A stretch of DNA of 64,000 nt from an uncultured Odoribacter sp. (GCA_900544025.1 UQTM01000002.1:14723-78722), one strand, 5' to 3'. Counted from the first letter of the stretch, positions 10,178-21,179 are shown. A program made the numbers and translations. Notes: generated by a model from the sequence alone, not told the origin.

Positions 10178-10648
10178 ATGAAGTCAAAAATAATATTTTT
10201 TTCTTTATTCCTTTTATCTTTAAACGGAATAATGAGTTGTGAAGAGAAATTACGGGACAAGCATATTATTCCTTTCGTTCCGGTAAATACCACGATTAAA
10301 CTGAATCTGGGAGGAGAAAACGAATTGATGTGGAAAAATAATCCGAAATATTTTTCCATTTCGACCCCTAATGCAGAATCGTTGGGCTATAAAGGGCATG
10401 GCATTGTAATCTTTACGGAAGATGCAAAAGAATTTCATTGTTTCGATGCAACTTGTACCAACTGTCCCGACTTAGAATCTTATTTCACACAGAAAGATTT
10501 GAAAGGAAATATCGCCATCTGCCCCAAATGCGGAACGGAATTCAGCCTGTTGTACGGACAGCCTTTCGGCAACGATTCAAAGATATATCCCTTAAAAGAA
10601 TACCCCATCAGAAGAAGTGGTGATCTTCTGATCGTTAGCTATAATTAA
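10178..10648 (+). CDS. Hypothetical lipoprotein with a 4-Cys zinc-ribbon/rubredoxin-like (Rieske-shaped) site
   Basis: Lipobox signal MKSKIIFFSLFLLSLNGIMSC. Two CxxC knuckles (CTNC ...21 aa... CPKC) sit in a Rieske-like sequence context but with Cys where Rieske has His. Confidence 0.55.
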   Translation: MKSKIIFFSLFLLSLNGIMSCEEKLRDKHIIPFVPVNTTIKLNLGGENELMWKNNPKYFSISTPNAESLGYKGHGIVIFTEDAKEFHCFDATCTNCPDLESYFTQKDLKGNIAICPKCGTEFSLLYGQPFGNDSKIYPLKEYPIRRSGDLLIVSYN

Positions 10649-10722
10649 CAGATGCGAATGGCATTTTTTATAAAAAAATCACATCATCTGCGATTTTATA
10701 TAAAATTTAATCTTCTTTTTTT

Positions 10723-10730
10723 TACCTTTG
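10723..10730 (+). promoter_or_regulatory. Bacteroidetes -7 promoter box TACCTTTG upstream of the purH-mre operon
   Basis: TAnnTTTG motif 47 nt upstream of the purH ATG. Confidence 0.4.
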
Positions 10731-10776
10731 CCACGAAATTAAGATTCACTTGAAAAAATATTAAATAAAAATCCGG

Positions 10777-12312
10777 ATGAAAAGAGCATTAATCAGTGTC
10801 TTCGACAAGACTGGTATTGTCGAGTTCGCCAAATCACTGGATTCTATGGGCTGGGAAATCATTTCGACTGGAGGAACTTCAAAAAAACTGAAAGAGGAAG
10901 GCATTAAAGTTCAGGATATTTCAGATTTAACCAAGTTTCCCGAATGTTTTGACGGTAGGGTTAAGACCTTGCACCCCAATGTAGAAGGCGGTATATTAGC
11001 AATCAGAGATAACGACAATCATAAAGCACAAATGACCGAATTGGGGATAGAACCCATTGACATCGTCGTTTGTAACTTATACCCTTTTAAACAGACTATT
11101 TTAAAACCCGGTGTATCTCACGAAGAGATCATCGAAAACATCGATATAGGCGGTCCCACGATGATTCGTGCGGCTGCAAAAAATTACAAATTCGTTACGG
11201 TGCTGACCGATCCGGAAGATTATGAACTGGTGATCGGTGAACTGAAAGCCCAGGGAGATACTTCTGCCGCCACCAAAGAAATGCTGGCAGCAAAAGTATT
11301 TATCCATACCTCCCATTACGATGCTTTGATAGCCGACTATTTTTCAAAGCGGCTGAATATTACGTATCCTAAAACCCTGACTTTAACTTTTGAAAAGAAA
11401 CAGGATTTGAGATACGGTGAGAATCCTCACCAGGCAGCGGCTTTCTACACTTCCATTCAGGGAACGGAAGGCACTTTGACGGCTGCGGTACAGTTACACG
11501 GCAAAGAACTTTCATACAATAATATCGGGGATACCGACGGAGCTTTGGAAACGTTAAAAGAATTCGACGAACCGACGATCGTTGCTTCTAAACATGCCAA
11601 TCCTTGCGGTGTGGGCAGTGCTGCCACTATCGCCGAAGCTTACCGGAAGGCTTACGAAGCCGACCCCGTTTCAATTTTCGGCGGAATCGTCGCTTCCAAC
11701 CGCGAGATCGATGCGGAAACGGCCGGAGAAATGGCTAAGATTTTTCTGGAAGTGATCATCGCCCCGTCTTTTTCAAAAGAAGCTTTAGAAATTCTAACCA
11801 AAAAGAAAAATATCCGTTTACTACAATTGGAAAACACCGGCAAGAAAAACAAGTCTGCCAGCAAAGCCAAAACGGTACTCGGCGGTTTACTGATACAGGA
11901 TCTGGATACTCAACTATTGAATGAAGAAGATTTGAAAGTTGTCACGAAACGCCAGCCGACAGAAGCAGAAATGAAAGATTTGCTTTTCGCCTGGAAAGTA
12001 GTGAAACATGCCAAATCGAACGGTATAGCCATTGCCAAAAATCTGACGACGACCGGAGTCGGACCGGGACAGGTAAGCCGTATCTGGGCTCTCGAAAATG
12101 CAATCCGCCAGGGCGGAGACCGCATACAAGGCAGTGTATTGGCCTCGGATGCATTCTTCCCTTTCTCCGATTGCGTGGAAGCTGCTCATCAGGCAGGTAT
12201 TACAGCGATAATACAGCCGGGTGGTTCTGTCAGAGATCAGGAATCTATCGATGCTGCTGACAAATATGACATTGCGATGATTTTTACGGGTATGAGACAC
12301 TTCAAACATTAA
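10777..12312 (+). CDS. purH: Bifunctional AICAR transformylase / IMP cyclohydrolase (PurH)
   Basis: [19 protein letters not shown] (MGS-like IMPCH N-domain) and a C-terminal AICARFT domain; 511 aa. Confidence 0.95.
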   Translation: MKRALISVFDKTGIVEFAKSLDSMGWEIISTGGTSKKLKEEGIKVQDISDLTKFPECFDGRVKTLHPNVEGGILAIRDNDNHKAQMTELGIEPIDIVVCNLYPFKQTILKPGVSHEEIIENIDIGGPTMIRAAAKNYKFVTVLTDPEDYELVIGELKAQGDTSAATKEMLAAKVFIHTSHYDALIADYFSKRLNITYPKTLTLTFEKKQDLRYGENPHQAAAFYTSIQGTEGTLTAAVQLHGKELSYNNIGDTDGALETLKEFDEPTIVASKHANPCGVGSAATIAEAYRKAYEADPVSIFGGIVASNREIDAETAGEMAKIFLEVIIAPSFSKEALEILTKKKNIRLLQLENTGKKNKSASKAKTVLGGLLIQDLDTQLLNEEDLKVVTKRQPTEAEMKDLLFAWKVVKHAKSNGIAIAKNLTTTGVGPGQVSRIWALENAIRQGGDRIQGSVLASDAFFPFSDCVEAAHQAGITAIIQPGGSVRDQESIDAADKYDIAMIFTGMRHFKH

Positions 12313-12320
12313 TTAGGAAT

Positions 12321-13343
12321 ATGGGATTATTTTCGTTTTTAACTCAAGATATAGCGGTTGACCTCGGAACAGCCAATACAATTATCATTTGTAACGATAA
12401 AATGGTAGTCAATGAACCTTCTATCGTTGCAATCGACAGACGAACTGAAAAGGTGATCGCTATCGGGGAAAAAGCCCGGCAGATGCAGGGAAAAACCCAC
12501 GATAACATCAAAACGATCCGTCCTTTGCGCGACGGAGTGATTGCCGACTTTAACGCAGCCGAACAAATGTTGCGCGGCATGATCAAAATGGCGAGCGTAA
12601 ACAGTAAATTTTTCTCGCCTTCCCTACGTATTGTCGTTTGTATTCCCTCGGGAAGTACTGAAGTAGAAGTACGTGCGGTACGCGACTCGTCGGAACATGC
12701 CGGAGGACGTGATGTGTATATGATTTACGAACCGATGGCTGCCGCCTTAGGCATTGGATTGGATGTCGAAGCTCCCGAAGGTAATATGATCGTGGATATA
12801 GGTGGTGGTACTACTGAAATCGCCGTTATTTCCTTAGGCGGTATAGTTAGCAACAAATCGATCCGCATTGCAGGGGACGATTTGACCGACGACATTCAGG
12901 AATATATGCGCCATCAGCACAATATCAAAATCGGAGAACGTACGGCTGAGGAAATTAAGATTCATGTAGGCTCCGCGCTTTCGGAACTGGATGAACCGCC
13001 GGCCGATTTTATCGTTCAGGGTCCTAACCAAATGACCTCTTTGCCGGTGGAAGTTCCTGTATCCTATCAGGAAATCGCTCATTGCTTAGAGAAATCCATT
13101 TCTAAAATAGAGATTGCCATCCTGGGTGCTTTGGAACAAACTCCGCCCGAACTATATGCCGATATTGTAAATAAAGGTATTTATCTGGCAGGTGGTGGCG
13201 CTTTGCTGAGAGGTCTCGACAAACGTTTGACCGATAAACTGAACATTCCGTTCCATATAGCGGAAGACCCGTTAAGGGCCGTTGCCAGAGGAACCGGAAT
13301 CGCATTGAAAAATGTAGATAAATTCTCGTTCCTGATCCGATAA
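12321..13343 (+). CDS. mreB: Rod shape-determining protein MreB
   Basis: DIAVDLGTANTIIICNDKMVVNEPSIVAI.. actin-like ATPase motifs, 340 aa. Confidence 0.95.
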   Translation: MGLFSFLTQDIAVDLGTANTIIICNDKMVVNEPSIVAIDRRTEKVIAIGEKARQMQGKTHDNIKTIRPLRDGVIADFNAAEQMLRGMIKMASVNSKFFSPSLRIVVCIPSGSTEVEVRAVRDSSEHAGGRDVYMIYEPMAAALGIGLDVEAPEGNMIVDIGGGTTEIAVISLGGIVSNKSIRIAGDDLTDDIQEYMRHQHNIKIGERTAEEIKIHVGSALSELDEPPADFIVQGPNQMTSLPVEVPVSYQEIAHCLEKSISKIEIAILGALEQTPPELYADIVNKGIYLAGGGALLRGLDKRLTDKLNIPFHIAEDPLRAVARGTGIALKNVDKFSFLIR

Positions 13344-13367
13344 TATACCATGCAATAAATACAGGCT

Positions 13368-14201
13368 GTGAAAGAAATTATAAAACTGATATTAAAATAT
13401 CATTTTACTATAATTTTTATATTACTGGAAGCCGTATCCTTTTCTCTGATAGTTCAGCATAATAACTATCAGAGAACTGTTTTTTCCGGCCATACAGCGA
13501 CTTTTTTCTGTTACATTTCCTCGACGATCTCGGATATCGATAATTATTTTTCGTTGAAAGAAACGAACGAAAAATTAGTTGCAGAGAATACAGATCTAAG
13601 AAATAGAATAGAAAATATAAAAAGTGCGTTAGACGGACAGGAAAATTATATTTGGGGAGAAGACTCTTCGTTTTTCGATACGGATTATCGGTATCAAAGT
13701 GCCCGAATGGTTAATTCCAGTTTTAATAAAACCAAGAATTATATCACGTTGGATAAAGGCAGCAGCGATGGAGTCGCCAAAGAAATGGCGGTATGTTCGC
13801 GGGAAGGTGTTGTGGGAATCATTCAAAATACCAGCAGACATTATGCCAGGGTACTTCCTTTGGTGAATACGAATCTGCGGGTTTCCGCCAAGTTAAAGAA
13901 AAACGGTTATTACGGTTCTTTGCAATGGGACGGAAACGATTATCGCTATTCTTATCTGAACGACATACCTTTTCACGTAGATGTCGCACAGGGGGATACG
14001 ATTGTGACGTCAGGCTTCTCCTCTATTTTCCCTGAGGGCGAATTGATAGGATTTGTCGAGACTGTAAACAAGGAAACTGCTAATTTTCTTACCATAAAAG
14101 TAAAATTAGCAGTCGATTTTAAGAAGATTTCAGATGTGTATGTGGTGGCTAACCTAAATAAGAGTGAGAAATTGGAATTGGAGGAAATGACACATGACTA
14201 A
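13368..14201 (+). CDS. mreC: Rod shape-determining protein MreC
   Basis: N-terminal TM, coiled-coil and C-terminal beta domains; positioned after mreB and overlapping mreD. Confidence 0.8.
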   Translation: MKEIIKLILKYHFTIIFILLEAVSFSLIVQHNNYQRTVFSGHTATFFCYISSTISDIDNYFSLKETNEKLVAENTDLRNRIENIKSALDGQENYIWGEDSSFFDTDYRYQSARMVNSSFNKTKNYITLDKGSSDGVAKEMAVCSREGVVGIIQNTSRHYARVLPLVNTNLRVSAKLKKNGYYGSLQWDGNDYRYSYLNDIPFHVDVAQGDTIVTSGFSSIFPEGELIGFVETVNKETANFLTIKVKLAVDFKKISDVYVVANLNKSEKLELEEMTHD

Positions 14202-14700
14202 CGTAAAATTTTTCGTCAATCTGATCGCATTGCTGATTATTCAATTAGCTATATTGGATAATATACAGCTTCACTCCTATGTGTATATCAATATTTATAT
14301 TCTTGCTATATACATTTTGCCTTACCGCTTGAGCAAAGCGAGCATTTTACTGTTCGGTTTTTTCCTGGGGCTGTTTATAGACCTGGCCAACAACACAATG
14401 GGAATACATGCCGCTGCCTCGACATTGATAGCGTATATTCGTCCCCGCCTGTTGATGCTGACCTCTAACCGGGAACAGATCGACGACATCCAGGGAAAAC
14501 AGAACATTAGCAATTTTGCCTGGTTTTTTAAATATGTTATCGTTTCGACCGCCGTATTCAATGTGGCATTGATTATGGCAGAAGCTTTCAGTTTCCATAA
14601 TTTTTGGATTACGCTTGCGCGCATGGTGTGCAGTACCGTGGTTTCAGTGTTTTTCATCCTGCTTTATTATTTTATCGTGTTGAAGAAGAAGCAGAATTAA
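14194..14700 (+). CDS. mreD: Rod shape-determining protein MreD
   Basis: 168 aa polytopic membrane protein that overlaps the mreC stop. Confidence 0.75.
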   Translation: MTNVKFFVNLIALLIIQLAILDNIQLHSYVYINIYILAIYILPYRLSKASILLFGFFLGLFIDLANNTMGIHAAASTLIAYIRPRLLMLTSNREQIDDIQGKQNISNFAWFFKYVIVSTAVFNVALIMAEAFSFHNFWITLARMVCSTVVSVFFILLYYFIVLKKKQN

Positions 14701-14758
14701 CTGCATACGGGAATGCCCGGCGGTTTTCAGTTTTTCAGATCCTCAAACAGATCATGTT

Positions 14759-16615
14759 ATGAATAAGTATTCACACCGGAAAGCCGTTATTTCAGCAATC
14801 ATTATTTGTGTTTGCTGCATTTATATTATTCGGTTATTTTATATGCAAGTGATCGACGATTCTTTTCAGGAAGAGGCGATCCGTAATTCTCAGCGGGTAA
14901 CGACACAATACCCGGCCAGAGGGTTGATTTTCGACCGGAACGGTAAATTGCTGGTCGAAAATCAGCCGGCTTACGATCTGATGGTTGTTCCTTTACAAGT
15001 GAAGCCATTCGATACGACGGAATTAATCACCATCCTGAATATCGATAAAGACATACTTGAAAAGAGCTTAAAAAAATGCCGCCGCTACTCTCCTTATAAA
15101 GCTTCTATCCTCATTTCCCAGATCACTGCGGACAAGTATGCTATTTTACAGGAAAAGCTCTACAAATATCCGGGATTTTTCATGCAAACCAGAACTTTAC
15201 GTAAATACAACGTAAACCACTCGGCGGATGTCTTCGGATATATCGGGGAAGTAAGCCAGGCGCAAATCGATAAGGACAGCACGTATGCTTCCGGCGACTA
15301 TGTCGGGATTAACGGCCTGGAAAGAAGTTATGAAAACACGCTCCGTGGAAAAAAAGGTGAAAAGATCATGCTGGTCGATAATTACAACCGGATCAAAGGG
15401 TCCTACAAAAACGGAGAATACGACAAACCGGCTATCGTGGGAGATAATATCACAACAACCCTCGACATCGATTTGCAGGAATATGCCTATCACCTTATGA
15501 GGAATAAAAAAGGCGGTATTATTGCCATCGAACCTCAAACAGGAGAAATATTATTAAAAGTATCGAGCCCGGGGTATAACCCGCAACTAATGATCGGATT
15601 GGAACGGGGACGGAATTATAAGAAATTAAGCGAAGACCCTAACCTTCCGCTTTTCGACCGTACGGTCAGTGCTACCTATCCTCCCGGTTCTATTTTCAAA
15701 ACCGTGGTAGGACTGATCGGGCTGGAGGAAGGAGTGATCGTTCCTCAAACCCGTTATGAATGTCACTTCGGTAATTATTTCAACGGGCAGTTGATGAAAT
15801 GCCACGGACATGAATCGCCTGTAGATCTGAAAGGGGGCATCAGAACTTCGTGTAATCCTTATTTTGTGAATGTTTTTCGCAGGACTTTGGAAAACAACCG
15901 ATATGCCAGCGTCAGGGAAGCTTATGGCAAATGGCGGGAATATGTGATGTCGTTCGGCGTAGGACAAAAGCTGTGTCCCGATTTCTACAATGAAAAATCC
16001 GGGGATATACCTACCCAGCAAGCCTATGACAGGCAATTCCGCACCCAGGTCTGGTATTATACGTATTTCCGTTCCCTTGCCATCGGACAGGGAGAATTGA
16101 TGCTGACCCCCATGCAAATGGCGAATATCGTTGCAGGGATTGCGAACCGGGGACATTACATCACGCCTCATATCGTGAGACGTACCGATGAAAACTACGA
16201 ACAGTTGAACAAGCATGAAATTCCCATTCAGAAAAAACATTTCGAAATAATCGTCGATGCGATGGAAGAAGCGGTGAAGACAGGAACAGGGCGTGTGGCT
16301 GCCGTCGATTCGGTGATTGTGTGTGGAAAAACAGGAACCATACAAAATCCACATGGAGACGATCATTCGGCATTTTTCGCTTTTGCTCCCAAAGAAAATC
16401 CGAAAATCGCCATATTGGTTTACGTAGAAAACGGAGTTTGGGGTGCCAGGTATGCAGCTCCTATTGCCGGACTTTTATTGGATAAGTATTTGCACGGAAA
16501 GATTCCGGAAGGGAAAAAGTCTCTTGAAAAGAGTATGCTCGAAGCCGACCTGATTCATTCCCCGGCCGTACGAAATGCCAATGGGACGGCAACGACAACA
16601 GAAGACGAAGAATAA
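14759..16615 (+). CDS. mrdA: Penicillin-binding protein 2 (peptidoglycan D,D-transpeptidase MrdA)
   Basis: N-terminal TM, PBP dimerisation domain and transpeptidase motifs (STYPPGSIFK = SxxK; KTGT). Confidence 0.9.
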   Translation: MNKYSHRKAVISAIIICVCCIYIIRLFYMQVIDDSFQEEAIRNSQRVTTQYPARGLIFDRNGKLLVENQPAYDLMVVPLQVKPFDTTELITILNIDKDILEKSLKKCRRYSPYKASILISQITADKYAILQEKLYKYPGFFMQTRTLRKYNVNHSADVFGYIGEVSQAQIDKDSTYASGDYVGINGLERSYENTLRGKKGEKIMLVDNYNRIKGSYKNGEYDKPAIVGDNITTTLDIDLQEYAYHLMRNKKGGIIAIEPQTGEILLKVSSPGYNPQLMIGLERGRNYKKLSEDPNLPLFDRTVSATYPPGSIFKTVVGLIGLEEGVIVPQTRYECHFGNYFNGQLMKCHGHESPVDLKGGIRTSCNPYFVNVFRRTLENNRYASVREAYGKWREYVMSFGVGQKLCPDFYNEKSGDIPTQQAYDRQFRTQVWYYTYFRSLAIGQGELMLTPMQMANIVAGIANRGHYITPHIVRRTDENYEQLNKHEIPIQKKHFEIIVDAMEEAVKTGTGRVAAVDSVIVCGKTGTIQNPHGDDHSAFFAFAPKENPKIAILVYVENGVWGARYAAPIAGLLLDKYLHGKIPEGKKSLEKSMLEADLIHSPAVRNANGTATTTEDEE

Positions 16616-16627
16616 AAACCACGCGCT

Positions 16628-18049
16628 ATGAACAGACAATCAGAGCTTTTAAAAAATATCGATTGGTTATCCATTTTCATGTACACCCTGTTGGTTTTCA
16701 TGGGATGGCTGAATATTTACGCTGCTGTGTACAACGATAGCCATAGCAGCATATTCGATATTTCCCAAAAATACGGGAAACAGATCATTTGGATCGGCGC
16801 TTCTTTCGGCTTGGGTTTTATCATTATGCTGACGGATAGTAAATTTTTTACGGCCTTTTCTTTTATTATATATGGACTGATGATCGCCTTGCTGGCAGCA
16901 GTATTGGTTTTCGGTAAAGAGGTCAATGGAGCGAGGTCGTGGTTTGAAATCGGCAGTATCCGCCTGCAACCTGCCGAGTTTGCCAAATTTGCAACCTGTC
17001 TTGCCGTGGCGAATGTCATGAGCAGGCATGGCTTTAAAATGATGCGGTTCAGCAGTTTGCTCACTATCGGGATTTTACTGGCATTGCCTGCCCTTCTGAT
17101 CATCAAACAAAACGACACGGGTTCGGCCTTAGTATATAGTTCATTTATATTGGTGATGTACCGGGAAGGTTTGCACGGTTCGATTTTGTTACTCTGTTTC
17201 ATGACGGTAGCCTTGTTTATTTTTACCCTGCTCTATCCGCCTATGACCGTACTTTTGCTAATCATCGGCGGAACGCTGATCGCTTTTCTTTATTATCGGC
17301 AAAATAAGCATGAGTTTTACCGGATTATTATTTTTCTCGTAAGTTGTTTCCTGTTTTTATTATTTCTAAAATGGTTGTTAGACCTGCCTGTCAGCGATCA
17401 TAAACTTTTGCTTATCTCCTACCTGCTTTGTAATTTGATAGGAATCTATTTTATTTATAAGCGTAAGATGCGGCACATTATGCTGGTGGTACTGGCTTCC
17501 TGGCTCTGTATAGGGGCGACGATCGGAGTCGATTACGCTTTCGACAAATTGCAGCCCCACCAAAGAGATCGTATCAATAATTTGCTGGGTATCGAATCCG
17601 ACCTTACCGGAGCGGGTTATAATGTAAACCAATCGAAGATCGCTATCGGTTCGGGAGGTTTTTCCGGAAAAGGTTTCTTACAGGGAACGCAGACCAAATT
17701 CAATTTTGTACCGGAACAAAGTACCGATTTTATCTTCTGTACGGTAGGCGAAGAATGGGGATTTTTAGGAAGTACGGTTGTTATCGGGCTATTAATGGCA
17801 TTTATTCTACGAATCATATACTTAGCGGAACGCCAGCGTTCCGATTTTTCCCGGATATATGGGTATGGTGTTGCTTCTATCCTCTTTTTCCATATGGCGA
17901 TAAACATCGGCATGACGATCGGGGTTGCTCCGGTAATCGGTATTCCGCTTCCCTTTTTCAGTTACGGAGGCTCTTCTTTGTGGGCTTTTACCATATTGAT
18001 TTTTATTTTTCTGCGTTTGGACGCCAACCGCCTGCAAGTTTTCAGCTAA
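16628..18049 (+). CDS. rodA: Rod shape-determining protein RodA (SEDS family, FtsW/RodA)
   Basis: Polytopic membrane protein with SEDS motifs (...FIFCTVGEEWGFLG..., GIPLPFFSYGGSS). Confidence 0.9.
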   Translation: MNRQSELLKNIDWLSIFMYTLLVFMGWLNIYAAVYNDSHSSIFDISQKYGKQIIWIGASFGLGFIIMLTDSKFFTAFSFIIYGLMIALLAAVLVFGKEVNGARSWFEIGSIRLQPAEFAKFATCLAVANVMSRHGFKMMRFSSLLTIGILLALPALLIIKQNDTGSALVYSSFILVMYREGLHGSILLLCFMTVALFIFTLLYPPMTVLLLIIGGTLIAFLYYRQNKHEFYRIIIFLVSCFLFLLFLKWLLDLPVSDHKLLLISYLLCNLIGIYFIYKRKMRHIMLVVLASWLCIGATIGVDYAFDKLQPHQRDRINNLLGIESDLTGAGYNVNQSKIAIGSGGFSGKGFLQGTQTKFNFVPEQSTDFIFCTVGEEWGFLGSTVVIGLLMAFILRIIYLAERQRSDFSRIYGYGVASILFFHMAINIGMTIGVAPVIGIPLPFFSYGGSSLWAFTILIFIFLRLDANRLQVFS

Positions 18050-18075
18050 AGGAATTTTGTATAATATATTTTCAG

Positions 18076-18111
18076 AGCTTTGTAAGATGACAAACTTACA
18101 AAGCTTTTTTT
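18076..18111 (+). terminator. Rho-independent terminator after rodA
   Basis: AGCTTTGTAAG / CTTACAAAGCT stem, 8 nt loop, then TTTTTTT. Confidence 0.75.
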
Positions 18112-18415
18112 ACGACAACATTCTTACCGGATCACCCTATTGCTAAATTCATCCGGATAAATTTTCAATTTTTATAATTTAAACTCCGATCCTATTTTCA
18201 AAATGTGGCAATTGACATTTCTTTATAAACAAGGCTTTCTGTTTCGCGGAAACTCACCCATACACACCGTATTTCTGTAAATGTATTGTATTCGCGCCCT
18301 TTTACACCGCCGTTTTCTTTTAAAACATTTTTTTATACTTTACCGGAAATTCTTAAATAAACAAAATGTCCTCTGAAAAGACCGGAAAGGAAGTTTTTAA
18401 ATAAGTAGAAATTGT

Positions 18416-18423
18416 TATTTTTG
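18416..18423 (+). promoter_or_regulatory. Bacteroidetes -7 box TATTTTTG upstream of the Ca-ATPase gene
   Basis: TAnnTTTG motif 28 nt before the ATG at 18451. Confidence 0.35.
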
Positions 18424-18450
18424 AAAAGAAATTAAAACAATGTACACTTC

Positions 18451-21090
18451 ATGGAATCCAAACACTATTCCGGCCTGACGAATGAGCAGGTAGAAGCAAG
18501 CCGGCAACGATACGGCAAGAATATTCTGACTCCTCCGGCCCGAACTCCCCTCTGGAAACTTTTTCTCGAAAAATTCAAAGATCCGATTATTAAAATCCTG
18601 TTAGCGGCGGCTCTGCTCTCCCTGATCATCTCGATTATTCACAACGAGTATGCCGAAACAATCGGGATTTTCGCTGCTATCTTTTTAGCAACAGGTGTCG
18701 CTTTCTGGTTTGAAATGGATGCCAACCGAAAATTCGAATTGCTAAACCAGGTGAATGACGATATATTGTATAAAGTGATCCGGAATGGGAACATTCACGA
18801 GGTCGCGAAGCAGGATATCGTAGTCGGAGATATTATCGTTCTTGAAACAGGTGAAGAAATTCCGGCAGACGGGGAATTGATTGAAGCCATTTCCCTGCAA
18901 GTCAATGAATCGACTTTGACAGGCGAGCCTGTCATCAGTAAAACGACCAATCCGGAACATTTCGATGAAGAGGCGACCTATCCTTCCAACCACATTCTGA
19001 GAGGCACGACCATTGCCAACGGGCGGTGTATATATGAAGTAAAGGAGGTCGGCGATGCTACCGAATTCGGAAAAGTGGCTGAAAAAGCAACGGAAATCAA
19101 CAAGGATAAAACTCCGCTAAGCAAGCAATTGGAAAAACTGGCCCGCCTGATCAGTATTATCGGGTTCATCGTTGCAGGCCTGACATTCGGCGGATTACTC
19201 GTAAAAGATATTCTGGCAGGGGTTTTCACCTCGGATAATCTTTTCACGCTGGAGTCTGCCGGACGAATCCTGCAATATTTTATGGTTGCGGTGACACTGA
19301 TCGTCGTGTCAGTACCCGAAGGTTTACCGATGAGCGTTACATTAAGCCTTGCATTGAGCATGAGAAAGATGTTGAAAACCAACAATCTGGTACGCAAAAT
19401 GCATGCCTGTGAAACGATGGGGGCAACCACGGTGATCTGTACCGACAAGACCGGAACCCTGACCCAAAATCAAATGCAGGTACATCAAACCAATTTTTAT
19501 GCACTTGCCGGACAAAAATTGGAGCAAGATGAAATCAGCACTTTAATTAAAGAGGGTATTTCGATGAATTCCACCGCTTTTCTGGATTATACCCTTCCCG
19601 ATAAAATAAAAACTTTAGGAAATCCGACCGAAGCAGCCTTGCTCCTCTGGCTTCATGGCCAGCAGGTAAATTACATGGACTACCGGGAACATACGGATAT
19701 CGAGGAGCAATTGACCTTCTCGACAGAACGGAAATATATGGCTACCCTCGTCAAATCCTCTTTGGGTGGAAAACAGATTCTATATGTTAAAGGCGCTCCT
19801 GAAATCCTTTTATCCAAATGCCGGGATATTCGTTTGCCTGAAGGGAATAAACCGATAGCAGAATACCGGGCAACCATCGAAGAACAACTGCTCTCTTATC
19901 AAAATCAGGCGATGCGGACATTGGGATTTGCCTATAAAGAAGTGTCACCGGAGCATAGCGACCTCGAAACGGAGTCGTCTTCTGATTTGACATTCTTAGG
20001 TATTGCCGCGATCGCCGACCCTATACGTCCCGACGTGCCTGCAGCCGTCGCCCAATGTCTGCATGCCGGAATCCAGGTTAAAATCGTTACCGGGGACACT
20101 CCCGCTACCGCCAGGGAAATCGGCCGGCAGATCGGAATATGGGAAGCCGGCGATACCGAAGAGCAGCTTATCACCGGAACGGATTTTGAAAAACTGCCGG
20201 ACGAAGAAGCCGCCCAACGGGTCTTAAAGTTAAAGATCATGTGCCGTGCCCGCCCCACGGATAAACAACGGCTGGTAGAGCTGCTCAAACGTTCGGGGGC
20301 AGTGGTAGCCGTGACCGGAGACGGCACGAACGACGCTCCCGCCCTGAATCATGCCGATGTCGGCCTGTCGATGGGCACGGGTACTTCGGTCGCCAAAGAA
20401 GCAAGCGATATCACTCTGCTCGACGATTCGTTCAACAGCATCGCCACCGCTGTTATGTGGGGACGGTCTCTTTACCACAATATACAACGTTTTATACTGT
20501 TTCAATTAACCATCAACCTTTCCGCCCTTTTGATCGTATTGCTGGGGTCTTTGTTGGGACATCAGCTCCCCCTGACCGTTACGCAAATGCTATGGGTGAA
20601 CATGATTATCGATACCTTTGCTGCCGCAGCTCTCGCATCACTCCCTCCGAATCCTAACGTTATGAATGAAAAACCGCGAAAATCGTCGGATTTTATCATC
20701 ACCCGCAAGATGCAACACCATATCCTGGGTATAGGCATCACTTTCACGGTTTTACTTTTAGGAATGATGTATTATTTCACCAACGAGCAAGGAGACATTT
20801 CGCGGTACGATCTATCTGTATTCTTCACCACTTTCGTCATGTTGCAGTTTTGGAATATGTTCAATGCCAAAGCTTTCTTATCCGGTGGCTCCGCCTTTAA
20901 AAACCTGAAAGGAAGTGCCGGATTCCTGATCGTGATGCTAATTATTCCGATCGGTCAATTCCTGATCGTAGAATTCGGAGGCGATGTTTTCAGAACCGTG
21001 CCTCTCACCCTCCGGGATTGGGGGATGATCATAGGGGCGACCTCTTTGGTTTTATGGATCGGGGAACTCATGAGGCTATTAAAAAAATAA
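18451..21090 (+). CDS. Calcium-translocating P-type ATPase (PMCA/SERCA-type, P2 family)
   Basis: Phosphorylation motif ICTDKTGTLTQN, TGES-like actuator (TGEP), the GDGTNDAPAL hinge and about 10 TM helices; 879 aa. Confidence 0.9.
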   Translation: MESKHYSGLTNEQVEASRQRYGKNILTPPARTPLWKLFLEKFKDPIIKILLAAALLSLIISIIHNEYAETIGIFAAIFLATGVAFWFEMDANRKFELLNQVNDDILYKVIRNGNIHEVAKQDIVVGDIIVLETGEEIPADGELIEAISLQVNESTLTGEPVISKTTNPEHFDEEATYPSNHILRGTTIANGRCIYEVKEVGDATEFGKVAEKATEINKDKTPLSKQLEKLARLISIIGFIVAGLTFGGLLVKDILAGVFTSDNLFTLESAGRILQYFMVAVTLIVVSVPEGLPMSVTLSLALSMRKMLKTNNLVRKMHACETMGATTVICTDKTGTLTQNQMQVHQTNFYALAGQKLEQDEISTLIKEGISMNSTAFLDYTLPDKIKTLGNPTEAALLLWLHGQQVNYMDYREHTDIEEQLTFSTERKYMATLVKSSLGGKQILYVKGAPEILLSKCRDIRLPEGNKPIAEYRATIEEQLLSYQNQAMRTLGFAYKEVSPEHSDLETESSSDLTFLGIAAIADPIRPDVPAAVAQCLHAGIQVKIVTGDTPATAREIGRQIGIWEAGDTEEQLITGTDFEKLPDEEAAQRVLKLKIMCRARPTDKQRLVELLKRSGAVVAVTGDGTNDAPALNHADVGLSMGTGTSVAKEASDITLLDDSFNSIATAVMWGRSLYHNIQRFILFQLTINLSALLIVLLGSLLGHQLPLTVTQMLWVNMIIDTFAAAALASLPPNPNVMNEKPRKSSDFIITRKMQHHILGIGITFTVLLLGMMYYFTNEQGDISRYDLSVFFTTFVMLQFWNMFNAKAFLSGGSAFKNLKGSAGFLIVMLIIPIGQFLIVEFGGDVFRTVPLTLRDWGMIIGATSLVLWIGELMRLLKK

Positions 21091-21096
21091 TATGGA

Positions 21097-21124
21097 AAGT
21101 GTGCTGCAAAGCACACTTTTTTTA
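21097..21124 (+). terminator. Rho-independent terminator after the Ca-ATPase gene
   Basis: AAGTGTGCT GCAA AGCACACTT followed by TTTTTTTATG. Confidence 0.75.
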
Positions 21125-21179
21125 TGCCGGTTTCCCTTGGAATTTTATCTTCCCGCGATTGGGATTTTAAGAATATTGT

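Noticed and set aside
9976-10242. 88 aa ORF spanning the divergent region between the acidic membrane protein gene and the lipoprotein gene
   Set aside because: It overlaps both neighbouring starts and the intergenic promoter region, and it has low-complexity composition. It is likely spurious.
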